64,000 nucleotides of DNA, taken from assembly GCF_009834535.1 (NCBI RefSeq), contig NC_045697.1, positions 60,824,001 through 60,888,000 on the forward strand, given 5' to 3'. A program made the position numbers and the translations under genes. Under the pieces are notes generated by a model. That model did no database searches. It saw only the letters and a list, made by a program, of their open reading frames with translations, and was not told the origin of the DNA. This document shows positions 51,640 to 64,000 of this stretch, piece by piece; the stretch's first letter is position 1; every line of letters starts with the position of its first letter. The DNA is from Camelus ferus. Lineage: Eukaryota.

Positions 51640-53390
51640 ATCTTGCAGATACATCTTTTACAAATATTTTCACCCAGTCTGTGGGTGGGCTTCTTATTCT
51701 CTTGGCAATTTCTCTCACAGAGCAGAACATTTAATTTTAATTAAGTACAGCATATCAATTATTTCTTTCATGGATCATGCCTTTGGTATTGTATATAAAA
51801 AGTAATCACTATACTCAAGATTATCTAGAGTTTTTCCTATGTTATCTTCTAGGAGTTTTATGTTTAGCATTTCATTTAAGCCTCTGTTATATTCTGAATT
51901 AATATCTGTGAAGGGTTATTAGCTGTGTCTAGATTCTTTTATTTCTTTTTGCATTTGGATGTCTTGTTGTTCCAAAACCATTTATGAAGAAGACTACTAT
52001 CTTTTTGTCTTTGCTCTGTAGTATTGCCTTTTCTCCTTTGCTAAATGTCAGTTGACTGTATGTACATATGGGGGGGTCTATTTCTAGATTCTCTACTATC
52101 TATAGACCAAATAGACTCCATTGGTCCATCTGTATATTCTTTCACAAATACCACACTGTCTTGGTTACTATAGCTTTATATTAAGTCTTGAAGTCATATA
52201 GTGTCAGTGCTGCAACTTTGTTCTTTTCCTCTAATGTTGTGTTAGCTATTCTGGATCTTTTGACTATTAATATAAACAATAGAACCAATTTGTCAATATC
52301 CACAAAATAACTTGCTGGGATGTTGATTGTGACTGTGATGAATCTATATCTCAAGTTGCCAAGAACTTACATCTTAAAATTGAGTTTTCCTATCAAAGAA
52401 CATGGAACATCTCTCTATTTATTTAGTTCTTTGATATCGTTCATCTAGAGTTTTATATTTTTTTCTCATACAGATCTTGTACTTATTTTGTTAGATTTAT
52501 ACCAAAGTATCTCATTTTGGGGTGGGGAGGCTGGTAAATGGTGGTGTATTTTAAATTCAATTTTATTTGTTTATTGTTGGTATATAAAAAAGCAATTGGC
52601 TTTTGTATATTAACCTTGTATCCTGCAATCTTTCTATAATTTCTTATTAGTTCCCAGAGTTTCTCTGTTGATTCTTTTGGACTTTTTACATAGACAATCA
52701 TGCCATCTGTGAACAAAGATAGTTTTACTTCTTCTTTTCTCATCACTGAACATTTTAGTTTCTTTGCTTGTCTTATTGCACTACCTGGGATTTCCAGTAT
52801 GATGCTGGAAATGAATACTAAAGGGGACACCACCCTTGTCTTGTTCCTTATCTTAGTGAGAAAGCTTTGCATTTCTCAGCATTAATTATGATGTTAGCTG
52901 TAGGTGTCTGTAGATATTCTTTATCAAGTTGAGGAAATTCATTCTGATTACTCATTTACTGAGAAGTTTTTTTTTTTAACGACAAATAGGTGTTTAATGT
53001 TTTCAAATACTTTTTTGCATCAATTGTTATGAACCATGATTTTTCTTTTTCAGTCTGTTGATATAGTGGATTACATTAGTTGATTTTTGATGTTAACCAG
53101 CCTTGCATACCTGAAATAAATCTTACTTGATCATGATGTATGATTCTTTTCATACATTGTTGGATTTAAGTTGCTTTTATTTTGATAAGAGTTTTTGCAT
53201 CTATGTTCAGAAGAGATATTTGTCTATAGTTTTCTATTCTTGTAGTGTCTTTGTCTGGTTTTGGGATTAGAATAATGCCAGCACCTAGAATGAGTTTGGA
53301 AGTATTTCTGAGCCCTCTATCTTATGGCATATAGCAAACTGTGTATAGTTTCTTCCTTAAATGTTTGGTAGAATTCACCAGTGAATTCTA
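51640..53390 (-). mobile_element. Older L1 (L1MB/MC-like) ORF2 RT region
   Basis: ORF 52483-52872 reads EEVKLSLFTDGMIVY..KIAGYKVNIQKPIAFLYTNN, a decayed FADD region. Confidence 0.9.
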
Positions 53391-53399
53391 AGTTGGTCA

Positions 53400-55036
53400 T
53401 TTTTTTCTACCAATATGTTAAATAGTTTTATTCTTCCAATACTTTAAATAGTTCAGTCTCTTCTTGCTTTTATAGTTTCCAAGGAGAAGTAAGATGCAAT
53501 TCCTGTTTCTGTTCCTCTGTAGGCAGCTTATTTTCCCTCTCTCGCTTCTTAAAAATTCTTTTCTTCATGATTTTCTGTAATTTGAATGTGATATGTTTAG
53601 GGATAGATTTTTTTTAACTTTTTTTTTGCATTTATCCAGTTCTCTGGATTTCCTCAGTCTATGGCTTACTGTTCAAATTAATTTGGGTACATTCTCAGTC
53701 AATATTGCTAATATTGTTTCAAATATTTCTTCTATTTCTTCCTCTTACTCTCTGTCTCTTTTTTTTTTTTTTTTGCTTTGTATATTCCTATAATGCATAG
53801 GTTATTCACTTTGTAGTTGTCGCACAGTTATTGGATACTCTGTTCTTTTTTTTTTCAGTATTTTTCCTGTTTATTTTTCAGTTTTACAAATATTTATTGA
53901 CATTTCCTCAGGCTCAGAGTCTTCCTTCAACCAAATCTAGTCTTTTAATGAGACCACTAAAAGCATTCTCCTTTTCATTCATTCTTATTTAGTGTTTTTG
54001 ATCCCTAGCATTTCATTTTGAGTCTTTCTTGGGATTTCCATTTCTCTGTTTATAAGACTCATCTGTTCTTGTATATTGTCTACTTTATCCATTAGAGCAC
54101 TTAGCATATTAACCATAGTTTTTTAAAATTTCCATTCCGATAACAATTCCAACATCTCTGCAATGCCTTGTTCTGGTGCTTGCTCTTATTTTTTTCACTT
54201 CTATATTTATTTGTTTATTTACTTATTTATTTTGCCTTTTCATATGCCTAGCAACTTTTTTCTCAGGAACCAGAAATGATGTATTATTTTTTTAAATGAT
54301 GGTTAATAGACCTCCAGTAGTGTGGTAGTAATGTTTGATTACTTAAGACATACTCTGTAGTCCTATGTTTGTCTCAGTCTAAGTACTTAGACAACACCTC
54401 TAAACTCTGAAATTCGCAAATACTTCCCAGTTGTTGTTTTTTTCTTTTATCTTAGGACAGGATGGCTAGAGTAGGCCATACTTAGATACATCTCTTGCCC
54501 CAGGTCAATTAACCCCAATGGCTTAAGCTCTAGTGAAACAGTTTCTCTTGAGGGAAAGTCCTATTAAAACTTTTTCTGGCCAATTTCAAAATGGTTAATT
54601 TTCCCGTCCTTCTGCCACAAGCAGAATGGAATTTTTCTGTGATATTCACTGTGGGAACCTGGTCAATTACCTGGTGGTAAAACTCACAAAAGTGTGGGTG
54701 CTCTCTCTGACTGGGCTTCCCTAGAGTTTTTAATTCTCAGAATTGTCTACAATGAGACTCCAGCAATTTGTCAATTACAGTTTGGTTTTCCTGCATTGAC
54801 ACTCTTCCCACAGAGATTTCTGCTGGTGGGTTTCTCCTCCAGTAATTTGTGATTCTCTGTATTCACTTGTCTTTCTCCAATTGTTGGTGACATCAGTTTG
54901 CCCTGTAATCTCACTTCTCTGACAGCCAAGAAGCATTGTTGATTTTTCCGTTCCTTTATGTTTCTTTTGCTGGTGTTGTTAGGACAGAATGAGGACTTCT
55001 AAGCTCTTTACATGGCAGACCACAGTCCAGAAACCT
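53400..55036 (-). mobile_element. Older L1 ORF1 plus 5' UTR (L1M4-like 5' end)
   Basis: ORF1-like reverse sequence, ending in GACTTCTAAGCTCTTTACATG..CCAGAAA, which is similar to the L1M4-type 5' terminus from recall. Confidence 0.65.
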
Positions 55037-55559
55037 TTATTTTTCAATACTTGTCTTATAAGATGCTACATTGCTCTAGATCCTTAAGTTGGAATACATG
55101 TGACTAATAAACTGTTGTTGATCTCGTCTGTCCAGTGTCTGGTGCCATGTGTTTGGCCACCCTTCTGACCCTAGGGTAGAATTCCCTATGGTAACAGCAA
55201 CAGAGTGATTAGGAGGGGATTGTAACACTAGTTGATAAGATTTAAATAAAAAAATAAATATTTCTTTGAATATATATTTATTTTGAATAATCTGAATTCA
55301 TACTCAGTTTATAATTTTCACTATTACACCTAAGATTTAAATATGTATATATATATGTATGTATATATGTATGTATTTTTATTATCCTGAAAATAGGCAT
55401 GATTTCTGGGTAAGAGATAGATTATTATTACTTATGCCCAACAATAACTGAATTCTTTTCCCTTTGTCCCAATTCTTTCCTCCTGGGGCAATATGATGAG
55501 AGCTGGATGCCATCCTACACATGCTGGAGTTTGTATTGTAGGCAAATCATCCCAAAATT

Positions 55560-56800
55560 TAGATTAATTTAGGAAACTTACCTTGAGTTATATTTTGAGT
55601 GGTTTTTCTTTCTTTTTTCATTGTGAACTCTAATTACGTATACTTCAGATTGCCTTTTCCTAGATTCTGTATCTATAGTTTTCATTCTAATTTACTACAT
55701 TCTTCTTCTTTATTTTTCTGGGTCATTGTGTTAATATTTTCTATCTTTTATGTTCTCGCATGCTTTCTGTCATGTCTGGTTTCTTTTTATTTATTCTTTA
55801 CTTATGAATTCTTACTTTTTACTTTTTATTTTGTCAGAACCCATTTTACATTACTCTGCTATGTAGTGATCAGATTCTACTTTCTGTTTATTGTTTGAGT
55901 TTTTACATGTCTACCTTTGGTGTTACTTTGTAAATCTCTTAATTTTGAAAAAAATATGTTGGAATTATGTCATGACGTTTTTCCTGTTGTTGAAAGATTT
56001 TTTCTGGTGATATTTTGTAATCTTTAGGATTATTCTATAGATTATTTTAATATTTTGCCCATAACTACTTCTATGGAGCTTTGAGTATTCTTTTTCTGGC
56101 ACTTTTGTTGGACTGAATTAATTTTCCTGCACTAATAGCAGGGGGTTTCAGTGGAAGTGCAGAAAGAGGGAAGCTTTTCAGGCTCTACTGTTTAATGTCT
56201 TCCTCCGTTATTACAGTGGTGAACTATCTCCTTAATTCATGCCACCTCTGTGTAGCCACCCCTCTTTTGACCTTTAAAACCTAATCCATTTCATGAGGAC
56301 TTCTACTGATAACCTGGGTTTTCTTTGATTTCTTTACAGGCCGCTGACACCAGAGACAAAGCCCTTTCTTCAAATGTAAAGTAGGCACTTTATGTATTTG
56401 GCCGGGACTTTATGAGATCAGTCACCTCTTGCCACTCCCATGCACTTTTGTGCCTTCTTTCTTCTCTTTCCACAGTGATAATACTACACTTACTGCTGAT
56501 TTCTACCAGAATGAAACTTTTTTTTCTTTTGGAAATGGATATGTGCTAAAGATTTCTGAAATATGTGATCAAAAGAAACTTTTCCTCCCCAAGGTATTTC
56601 CTTGACGTCCTTCGTGGGCTTCTGACTGGCTTATCCTTTTGGCTACATTTTCACCAAATATGAAATTTGGAGACTTTTCTGTGTCTTAATTTTGCTGAGA
56701 AAGTAGTTTATAAAAAACTTTTTTTTTCTTAACTATCCTTGATGCTCTGGTTGATTTTCTAAATAAGACGTGAAAGAGATAAAACTAAATTGCTCCCTGT
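55560..56800 (-). mobile_element. Highly diverged L1/HAL1-like fragment
   Basis: Strongly T-skewed degenerate sequence typical of an ancient L1 ORF1 reverse strand. Confidence 0.35.
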
Positions 56801-58159
56801 TCTTACCAAAAATAAACTTTTCTCCCTTAAAATTTTCTGTAAACTATGTGTTTAATTTTTGATATATATTTCCATGTGATTTCAACCTATTTCCATATAT
56901 TATTTAGAAGAAAATTTGATACATTCTTCACATTGCAATGAGTTTAGAAAAGACTGAAACCAAAGGCCAGTATAGATAGGTCCTAATTATTCACAACAAT
57001 CTAATACCATGTATGAGTCTTTGATATGTAAGTACATTTTTAATTTTATTAAAAAGGAAACATTTTACCTGGATCATGTTTATAATATTACTAACACTCA
57101 AAATATTCAATTAGAATTTATACTTTCAGAATAAAAATTGGAATATATGTAATAGGGAAATAGTTCTGCATTAAATATTGGGATTTAGGGCATGCAGTGA
57201 TCATTTCATAAATTCTGATTCACAGAAATATTTTAGTTCTAAGCCTGACCCCAAATTCTTTAGTATTACACACGGATTTATTTTGTTGGAGATGCCTTTC
57301 AAACTTAAAGCAACTCTCTTACCCTCACTTCTTCTCTTTGTCTCTCTTCCTTTATTTCTCATACTGAAGTTCCAATTTATGTAACTTCTATTATCAACCC
57401 AAGTGATTCTTTGTCTCTCATCTGTCTATCTCAGACCCTCTCATTCTTCACTCTAATTAATGTAGCTTTAATTATCAACTCCAATAATTAACTCCAGATA
57501 CAAATATCAAAATCTGCTGCCTTTGAAGTGACTTGTTGAAAGCTAAATGACAGACATGATAGAAATACAAATAAATTGTGTAAGCATAGTTACTTTTGCC
57601 TAGTCTAGGTAATTATTATCACAATTAATAACTTAAAAATTCTTCAGCTCACTTTTTGGAAAAGAGTAGTGCTAAAATCAGTAATATCTCCAGAGCTAGA
57701 CAGATAAAACATAATTGGTAACACTAGAAATAAATATGAGATGTATACAGTATAGAGAGCTATATTTTATAAATAATATTTAACTCATCTGACTGTAGAT
57801 GCCTAGATCTAGTTAAGAGAAGAAAAAGAATCAAGCTATTCTAAATTTAAAGCTCGAAAGACCACTGTTCCTCATCCCTGATGTCCGATCATCTGCTTAT
57901 AAACCTAGAAACTTGTTACACTTTGGTCTTGTCAGTTTGCTAGCTCTTTCTTCCTCATGATTTAGTTTGTTTGGAGTTTGGGGGAGATTTCATATTCTTT
58001 TTATCTTTCATATCAACTTTATTTGTCCCTTTAATAAATCAATAACCTTTTAAAGAAGTCAGGAATTATGAGTTTTTTCCCAAGTTTATCCCCCAAAATT
58101 GCATTAGATAAAAACACCATGACAAACTAAAAGAAGTATAGTTATATCTGAAAATAAAG

Positions 58160-58310
58160 GTCACACAATAATCTCCAATGTACATAAGCATATTTCATTC
58201 CCTTATTTTGTAACATAGGCATTGTTCAGGAGATAAACAGTCTCGGAGATTGCCCCCATTATCACATACAGCATAGTAAGTAAAATAATTGAAAATAGAG
58301 CCTTGATTTC
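58160..58310 (-). mobile_element. MIR fragment
   Basis: TCACACAATAATCTC..CCCTTATTTTG..TTCAGGAGATAAA..TGCCCC..ATCACATACAGCATAGTAAGT. Confidence 0.45.
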
Positions 58311-59628
58311 AGAATTCTAGCTTAGGATTTAGATCACCTTAGTGACTCTAAATGATTGTATTATTATAATATATGACTTTTTGGACCCTGCAAAATAACA
58401 CTTTCTTAATATGAGAATAATCAGTCCACTGTTTGTGCCAGATATATAAAAGCCATAAATCCCTCAAATATCTGTTTACCTCATATATCAAATAACTAAT
58501 TTTACACATAATCTCCAGTTGCTTTACAAGTACCTACTAGCTCTATTCCTTTATATTGCTGTCTTAGTATCATCATATTTTTACCCACCATCAAACAAAA
58601 ATCACAGAATCTATTTTTCTTTGCTTTAGAATTGTCTGGAGAGTTTGAGGTGCTACGCAGATATTAGTTGCACAGATCTTTTTGAAACTTGTCGCATCTG
58701 ACATAAGCATGACAGTAGGAATTGCAGCAGGGTGATGGTGATTCCACTGTTGATGCAGTTTACCTGTCTCTTTGGAAGAAGTAGTACTTCTCTCTAGTTT
58801 AGAGTTCAGTGGGTGAGAAAAGATTGAGCTTTTGGTTCAGAAAGCACAGGATTATTATCTGATCACCTCCACGGTAAACTTCAATAACAATTTTTAAGAG
58901 TATCTACCAATTCTCCCTGCCATATCTATTTCTAGAACAATATAGAGAAAACAGTATGATTTATGATACGATTACACGTTTGTCATGTTGCAGTGATGAG
59001 ACATCTTTTAAACATGTTTTACAGTATCAATGTAAAGGAGGTCTGGTGTTTTTTTTTAGATGGCAAAGAATTTTAAGTTTGAAAAGAGCTTAGATATTAC
59101 AAGTACACTCACCTACAGGTTAAATGGTTTTCCTAAAGTTTTATAATGCATTAGCGACAAGGGTATGAAAGTAAACCTGGTCTCTTGATTCTAATTTAGA
59201 CTCTTAATTATTCCACAATCTGCTAATTTATTGGGTACAATTTTTAATGAACTTTGAGGAAATCATCAACAGAAGTGAGAAAAATGTTAATAAAAAGATT
59301 TGTAACTTAAAGATAAAAGACTAGTAGAAATATCTATCTTGGGAAACATTCCCTAAAATCCATTCCATAACTTGCTTTAATCACAATGGATGGTAGAGTG
59401 ATTATAACAATATTGTAATTACAAATATTACTATAGACGGTATGAAAATAGAGCCTTCTGATGTATAAGAAAACTTCTCCCAAATTGGCAAAGAAAATTC
59501 CAAAGTATAATTACCCTTGTATAGTGGATAAATAAAGAAGAATTATTATGGCAATGAGCTGAATGATCTATAATGCCATCTAATTTCTCATCACTAAATG
59601 TTAATGTATCCATGGGGTCACCTATAAA

Positions 59629-61240
59629 TAGATGTGTGGGTTTATTTCTCTACTGTGTTCCATTGATCCACCTGTCTGTTTTTGTGCCAATATCACATTG
59701 TTTTGGTTGCTGCAGTTTTATCATATTGTCTGAAATCTGGGAGGGTTATTCCTCCAGCTTTGTTCTTTTTCTTCCATATGCTTTGGCAATTCTGGGTCTT
59801 TTGTTATTCCATATAAATTTTAGGATTATTTGTTCTAGTTTTGTGAAGAATGTCCTGGGTAATTTGATAGGGATAACATTAAGCCTATAGATTGCTTTGG
59901 GTAGTATGGCCATTTTAACAACATTAATTCTTCCAATTTAAGAGCACAGGATGTCTTTCCATTTCTTTAAATCATCTTTAACTTCCTTAATCAATGTTTT
60001 ATAGTTCTCTGCATATAAAAATTACACTTCCTTGATCAGGTTTATTACTAAGTATTTTTTGATGCAATTTTAAAAGGTTTTTTTTTTTTTTTAGTTCCCT
60101 TTCTAATATTTCATTGTTAGTGTAAAGAAATGCAACAGATTTCTGTATCTTAACTTTCTGTATCCTGCTACCTTGTTGAATTCATATCTCAGCTCCAGTA
60201 GTTTTTATGTGGGTCTTTAGGGTTTTCTATATATAATATCATGGTCATCTGAATATAGTGACAATTTAAACCCAATCCAAATATGAGCAGAAGACCTAAA
60301 CAAACATATCTCCAATAAAGACATACAAATGGCCGACAGGCCCATGAACAAATGCTCAGTATCACTAACTATTAGTGAAATGCAATCAAAACCACAGTTA
60401 GGTATCACCTCACATCAGTCAAAAAGGACATCATTAAAAAAGTCACAAGTGGTAAATGTTGGAGATGGTGTGGGGAAAAGGGAAACCTTCTATGCTGTTA
60501 GTGGGAATGTAGTTTGGTGAAGCCATTATGGAAAACAGTACGGAAATCCCCTAAAAAAACTGAACACAGACTTACCCTGTGATCCAGCGATCCCACTCCT
60601 GGGCATTTATCTTGAGGAAACTCTAATTCGAAAGATACACGCACCTCGGCGTTCATAGCAGCACTATTTACAATAGCTGACATGGAAACAATCTAAATGA
60701 CCGTCAACAGATAACTGGAAAAAGAAGCTGTGGTATGTATATAATAGAATAATACTCAGCCATAAAAAATAATAATATAATGCCATTTGCAGCAACATGA
60801 TCAAATGAGATCATCATACTAAGTGAAATTAGCCAGAAAGAGATAGAAAAATATCATATGATATCATTTATATATGGAATCTAAAAAGAAAAAAAAACAG
60901 GGGACACAAATGAACTTATATACAGAACAAAGACAGACTCACAGATCAACAAACATAGAAAACAAACTTATGCTTACCAGGGGGAGAAGAGGTGAGAAGG
61001 GATATTTTGGGAGTTTGGGATTTGTAGATACTAACTACTTTATATAAAATAGATAAACAACAAGTTTATCCTGTGTAGCACAGGGAGATATATTCAATAC
61101 TTTGTAATAACCTATAATGGAAAAGAATATGAAAAAGAATATATACATGAATAGCTATGCTGTACAACAGAAATTAACAAAGCATTGTAAATCTACTGTA
61201 CTTCAATACAAATAAATATATATGTAAATAAATGAATAAA
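59629..61240 (+). mobile_element. L1 with inverted 5' segment (59629-60268 minus strand; 60269-61240 plus strand)
   Basis: The minus part is the reverse complement of ORF2 about 33121-33771. The plus part starts at the equivalent of 34215 and runs through the 3' UTR to an A/AT-rich tail. Confidence 0.85.
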
Positions 61241-62139
61241 CTAAAATTTGGGGAAAGACAATTTATCGACCATTTAGCATAAATACTTTCCCTTTTCCAC
61301 GAAAATTATTTAGTTCCTAAAGCTATGTGAAAATATATTAGTGTCACAACAAACACTGCTGTGGGTGGAATTTTGTTGCAAGGCTCCTGAGAGGAGTTAC
61401 CCTTCTACTTTTCTCACCATTTCCTACACTAGCCCAATTCACAACAGTGGCAGCTAATCTCTTACATTTTGCAGCATCAATTAAAATCACTGAAATATGG
61501 AATAAAGAGTCAGAATATCCAGAGATTCACTTAACACCCCAATCAAATAATTAACCCTGAGATTGTAATTGGAGGTATTTCCTCAGGTGACACTTTTCTA
61601 AATGTAGCTGTCACATAGCCCTTTACTCAGATCTACTAAGAAAGTTATTTCACTGGCTATTCTGTGTAGAGTCTTTCAACATATGTTCTTGATTTATGGG
61701 TTCCATCTACTTAATTCCATAGCTAATCATCCCTTATATGTTTTCAGAAGTGACCCAACTACTTCACCACCCAGCATCTTTGACAATAACACACAATCTC
61801 TCCGGCCCCAAACATATTTCCTAAGACTAATGTTCCTAAACTGTCTGAACTCCAAGTATTACTGATTTTTCTGTAGTTCATATATACTCTTTAATGGGGA
61901 TATAATGATTTTTCTTTTCCAAATCGGCTTCCTTAGAGCCTGATAGACAATAAGAGATTCCTAAAGAATCCACAATGAAATGTACTATTTGGCAATGTCA
62001 CATATAGAACCAAGTTTCTCTTTCTGGATTTAAGAACTTTTGAAAATATTTCCACAAAATTTTCTGCAATATGTTGTCATATTTGTTCAAAATATCTAGG
62101 TATCTCTTCAGTTCTGTACTTACAGAGACTATCTCTATT

Positions 62140-62414
62140 GGAGGAACACACTTATCTCAATGATTTTAGGACTGGACGTATTATTGCTTTAGAACAGGAA
62201 ATATGCACAGAAGTGACATAAGCCACATCTGAGTAGAAGTTCCAAGAGGCAAGATTAGGGTTTTTCTTTCAGCCTGAATCCTGGATAAAGACTTTCATAA
62301 GCAGAGCCAAATCTGATCCATAGCAACATACAACGTGAGCAAGAAACAACCTTTTGATATTGTTATATTTTAGGAGTTCTTTAGTACTGCTGCTAACTAG
62401 AGAAAGCTAATATA
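62140..62414 (+). mobile_element. MLT1-like LTR
   Basis: GAAATATGCACAGAAGTGACATAAGCCACATCTGAGTAGAAG..CGTGAGCAAGAAACAACCTTTTG. Confidence 0.6.
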
Positions 62415-64000
62415 TTCATAGTACTAACAATTCATATATGATAATTATTTTTGGTGTCTGACATTAATATTGGAAATCCCTTGGCCATTATTTATTCCAA
62501 TATTTCTTTTTGCTTTATAAATATTTGTTTCATTTCATAAATTTTAATTCTTATGGTGATCAATGAAAATTTTGGCTAATCTTCAAAACTATTCCAATTA
62601 GAGGAATCTGGCTATTGATACTCTCTATAATTCCATGAAGACCTTTTTGAACATATCTGCTTTGATTAAAATAGAATTGGGAAATTTCTCAGTACGTTTC
62701 TTCTCATTTAAATTATATTATTTATCCCTGTAATTTACATTGTCTCAACTACTATACCTAGGAAATTAACATGCTTTCAGCTTCCTATATTTATATTTTC
62801 TGTTCTATGCTCCAGGCCCTCACAAATGTATTTGAATAAACTTCTCCATTAATATATAGGGATAAAGATAACAATTTTCTCAGAAATAGTAATCAACTTG
62901 AAGCTAGAATAGTCAAGATAGTTCATTTGAAAATAAATTTATTATGTTTCATTTTAGTAAGTTTTCTTACTTATCTTTATTTTAAAAATTACTTTTATAT
63001 GTAATTTTATGATGATGTTATGCAATCAAAAGGTCTAAATTTTTTTCAGTCTTTTCTTGGCAGTTAGTTACCAAGTATCTTTTATATCTCATTGATTTTG
63101 CTTGTTCCTGTATTTGTCAAAAAAAAAACTTCATGAGCAATATGAAAAAAGTATATATGATTTAGTGATTAATTTATATTATAATGTTCATAGATGTGTG
63201 CATGTTTAAACATGTCTATTATTTATTTCTGCATAATACAAGCATGTATATATGCATACATGGTATCACAAGTTATTATATCCTTTATTCATAGCTATGT
63301 AATTGTGCAAACCCCATACTTCCTAAGTAGTATGTTTTCCTTCCTGCACATATGTCAATAAAAATTTTTTGCAAATGATGTTATTTTTTACTCTTTCTGG
63401 AAATGAACAGTAAGCAACCTCCCTAATTGAGAGGTTGTATATCAAAAGTACCTTTAATTCTACAGTACAGCCCCACATTCTCAATATTGCTTCTTATCAC
63501 TGTCATATCCTAGCAGATTTGAATGACAAGTCCAAAAGCTGCCATTTTAAATTTTGTGTAAAGAGAGGAAAAAGCAGACAATTTTATAAATAGTTTTTCT
63601 TGCTTTTTACAATAAATGGGATACATGAATTTGTGCAATCCAGTTAAATTTATAATTAGAATGTCATGGATGCATCAAGAAGGATTCAGTAAACACCAAG
63701 AAACTGCTAACTGTAGTTGAAAGGTTTATGAATATCAGAGCCACCTTTAAACTCACATTTACTGAGGGAAATGTAAACTTGCTGAATGCTATTGCAAAAG
63801 CAACATTATTTCAAGCTCTAGGCATGAAAGTAGAGAACTTTAATAACCACCTATTTCTGGCTTTAATCCATGCAATTAAAAAGGTCAAAAGTGCTAATGT
63901 TGAGAAAGGTCTTCTAGAAAGAGAAGTTGTAGATGAGATCCTAATTATCAGTCATCATCAAGAAATGTCCTTACAGCAATTAGCACGCCATCATAAAATA

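Noticed and set aside
1..64000. A novel multi-gene system (defence, RT-associated or similar)
   Set aside because: The only RT and nuclease sequences are ordinary L1 ORF2 remnants. No intact non-TE gene or structured RNA is supportable from the sequence.

Overview
This is AT-rich, repeat-dominated placental mammal genomic DNA, not prokaryotic. The L1 3' UTR types and the absence of recognisable Alu, B1, SINEC, BovB, PRE or CHR elements suggest a cetartiodactyl, probably a camelid; that is my inference, not a database result. I see no host protein-coding gene, rRNA, tRNA or CRISPR array, and the window reads as intergenic or deep intronic. The main feature is a full-length LINE-1 of about 7.25 kb (27946-35190, + strand) with a perfect 15-bp target-site duplication (TSD). 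It has a CpG-rich 5' UTR with a YY1 motif and a 117-bp tandem repeat, a 407-bp inter-ORF spacer, and ORF1 and ORF2 both disabled by stops or frameshifts. Around it are ten 5'-truncated lineage-level L1 copies, including one probable twin-priming inversion and two possible 3' transductions. There are also many ancient L1M, L2, MIR, MLT1 and MER fragments, plus microsatellites. Nearly all ORFs in the supplied track are L1 pieces, L1 antisense shadows or chance ORFs. I found no convincing new biological system, and the findings below are retrotransposon-mechanism observations of modest novelty. Boundaries and subfamily names of ancient repeats are approximate and come from my recall of consensus sequences.
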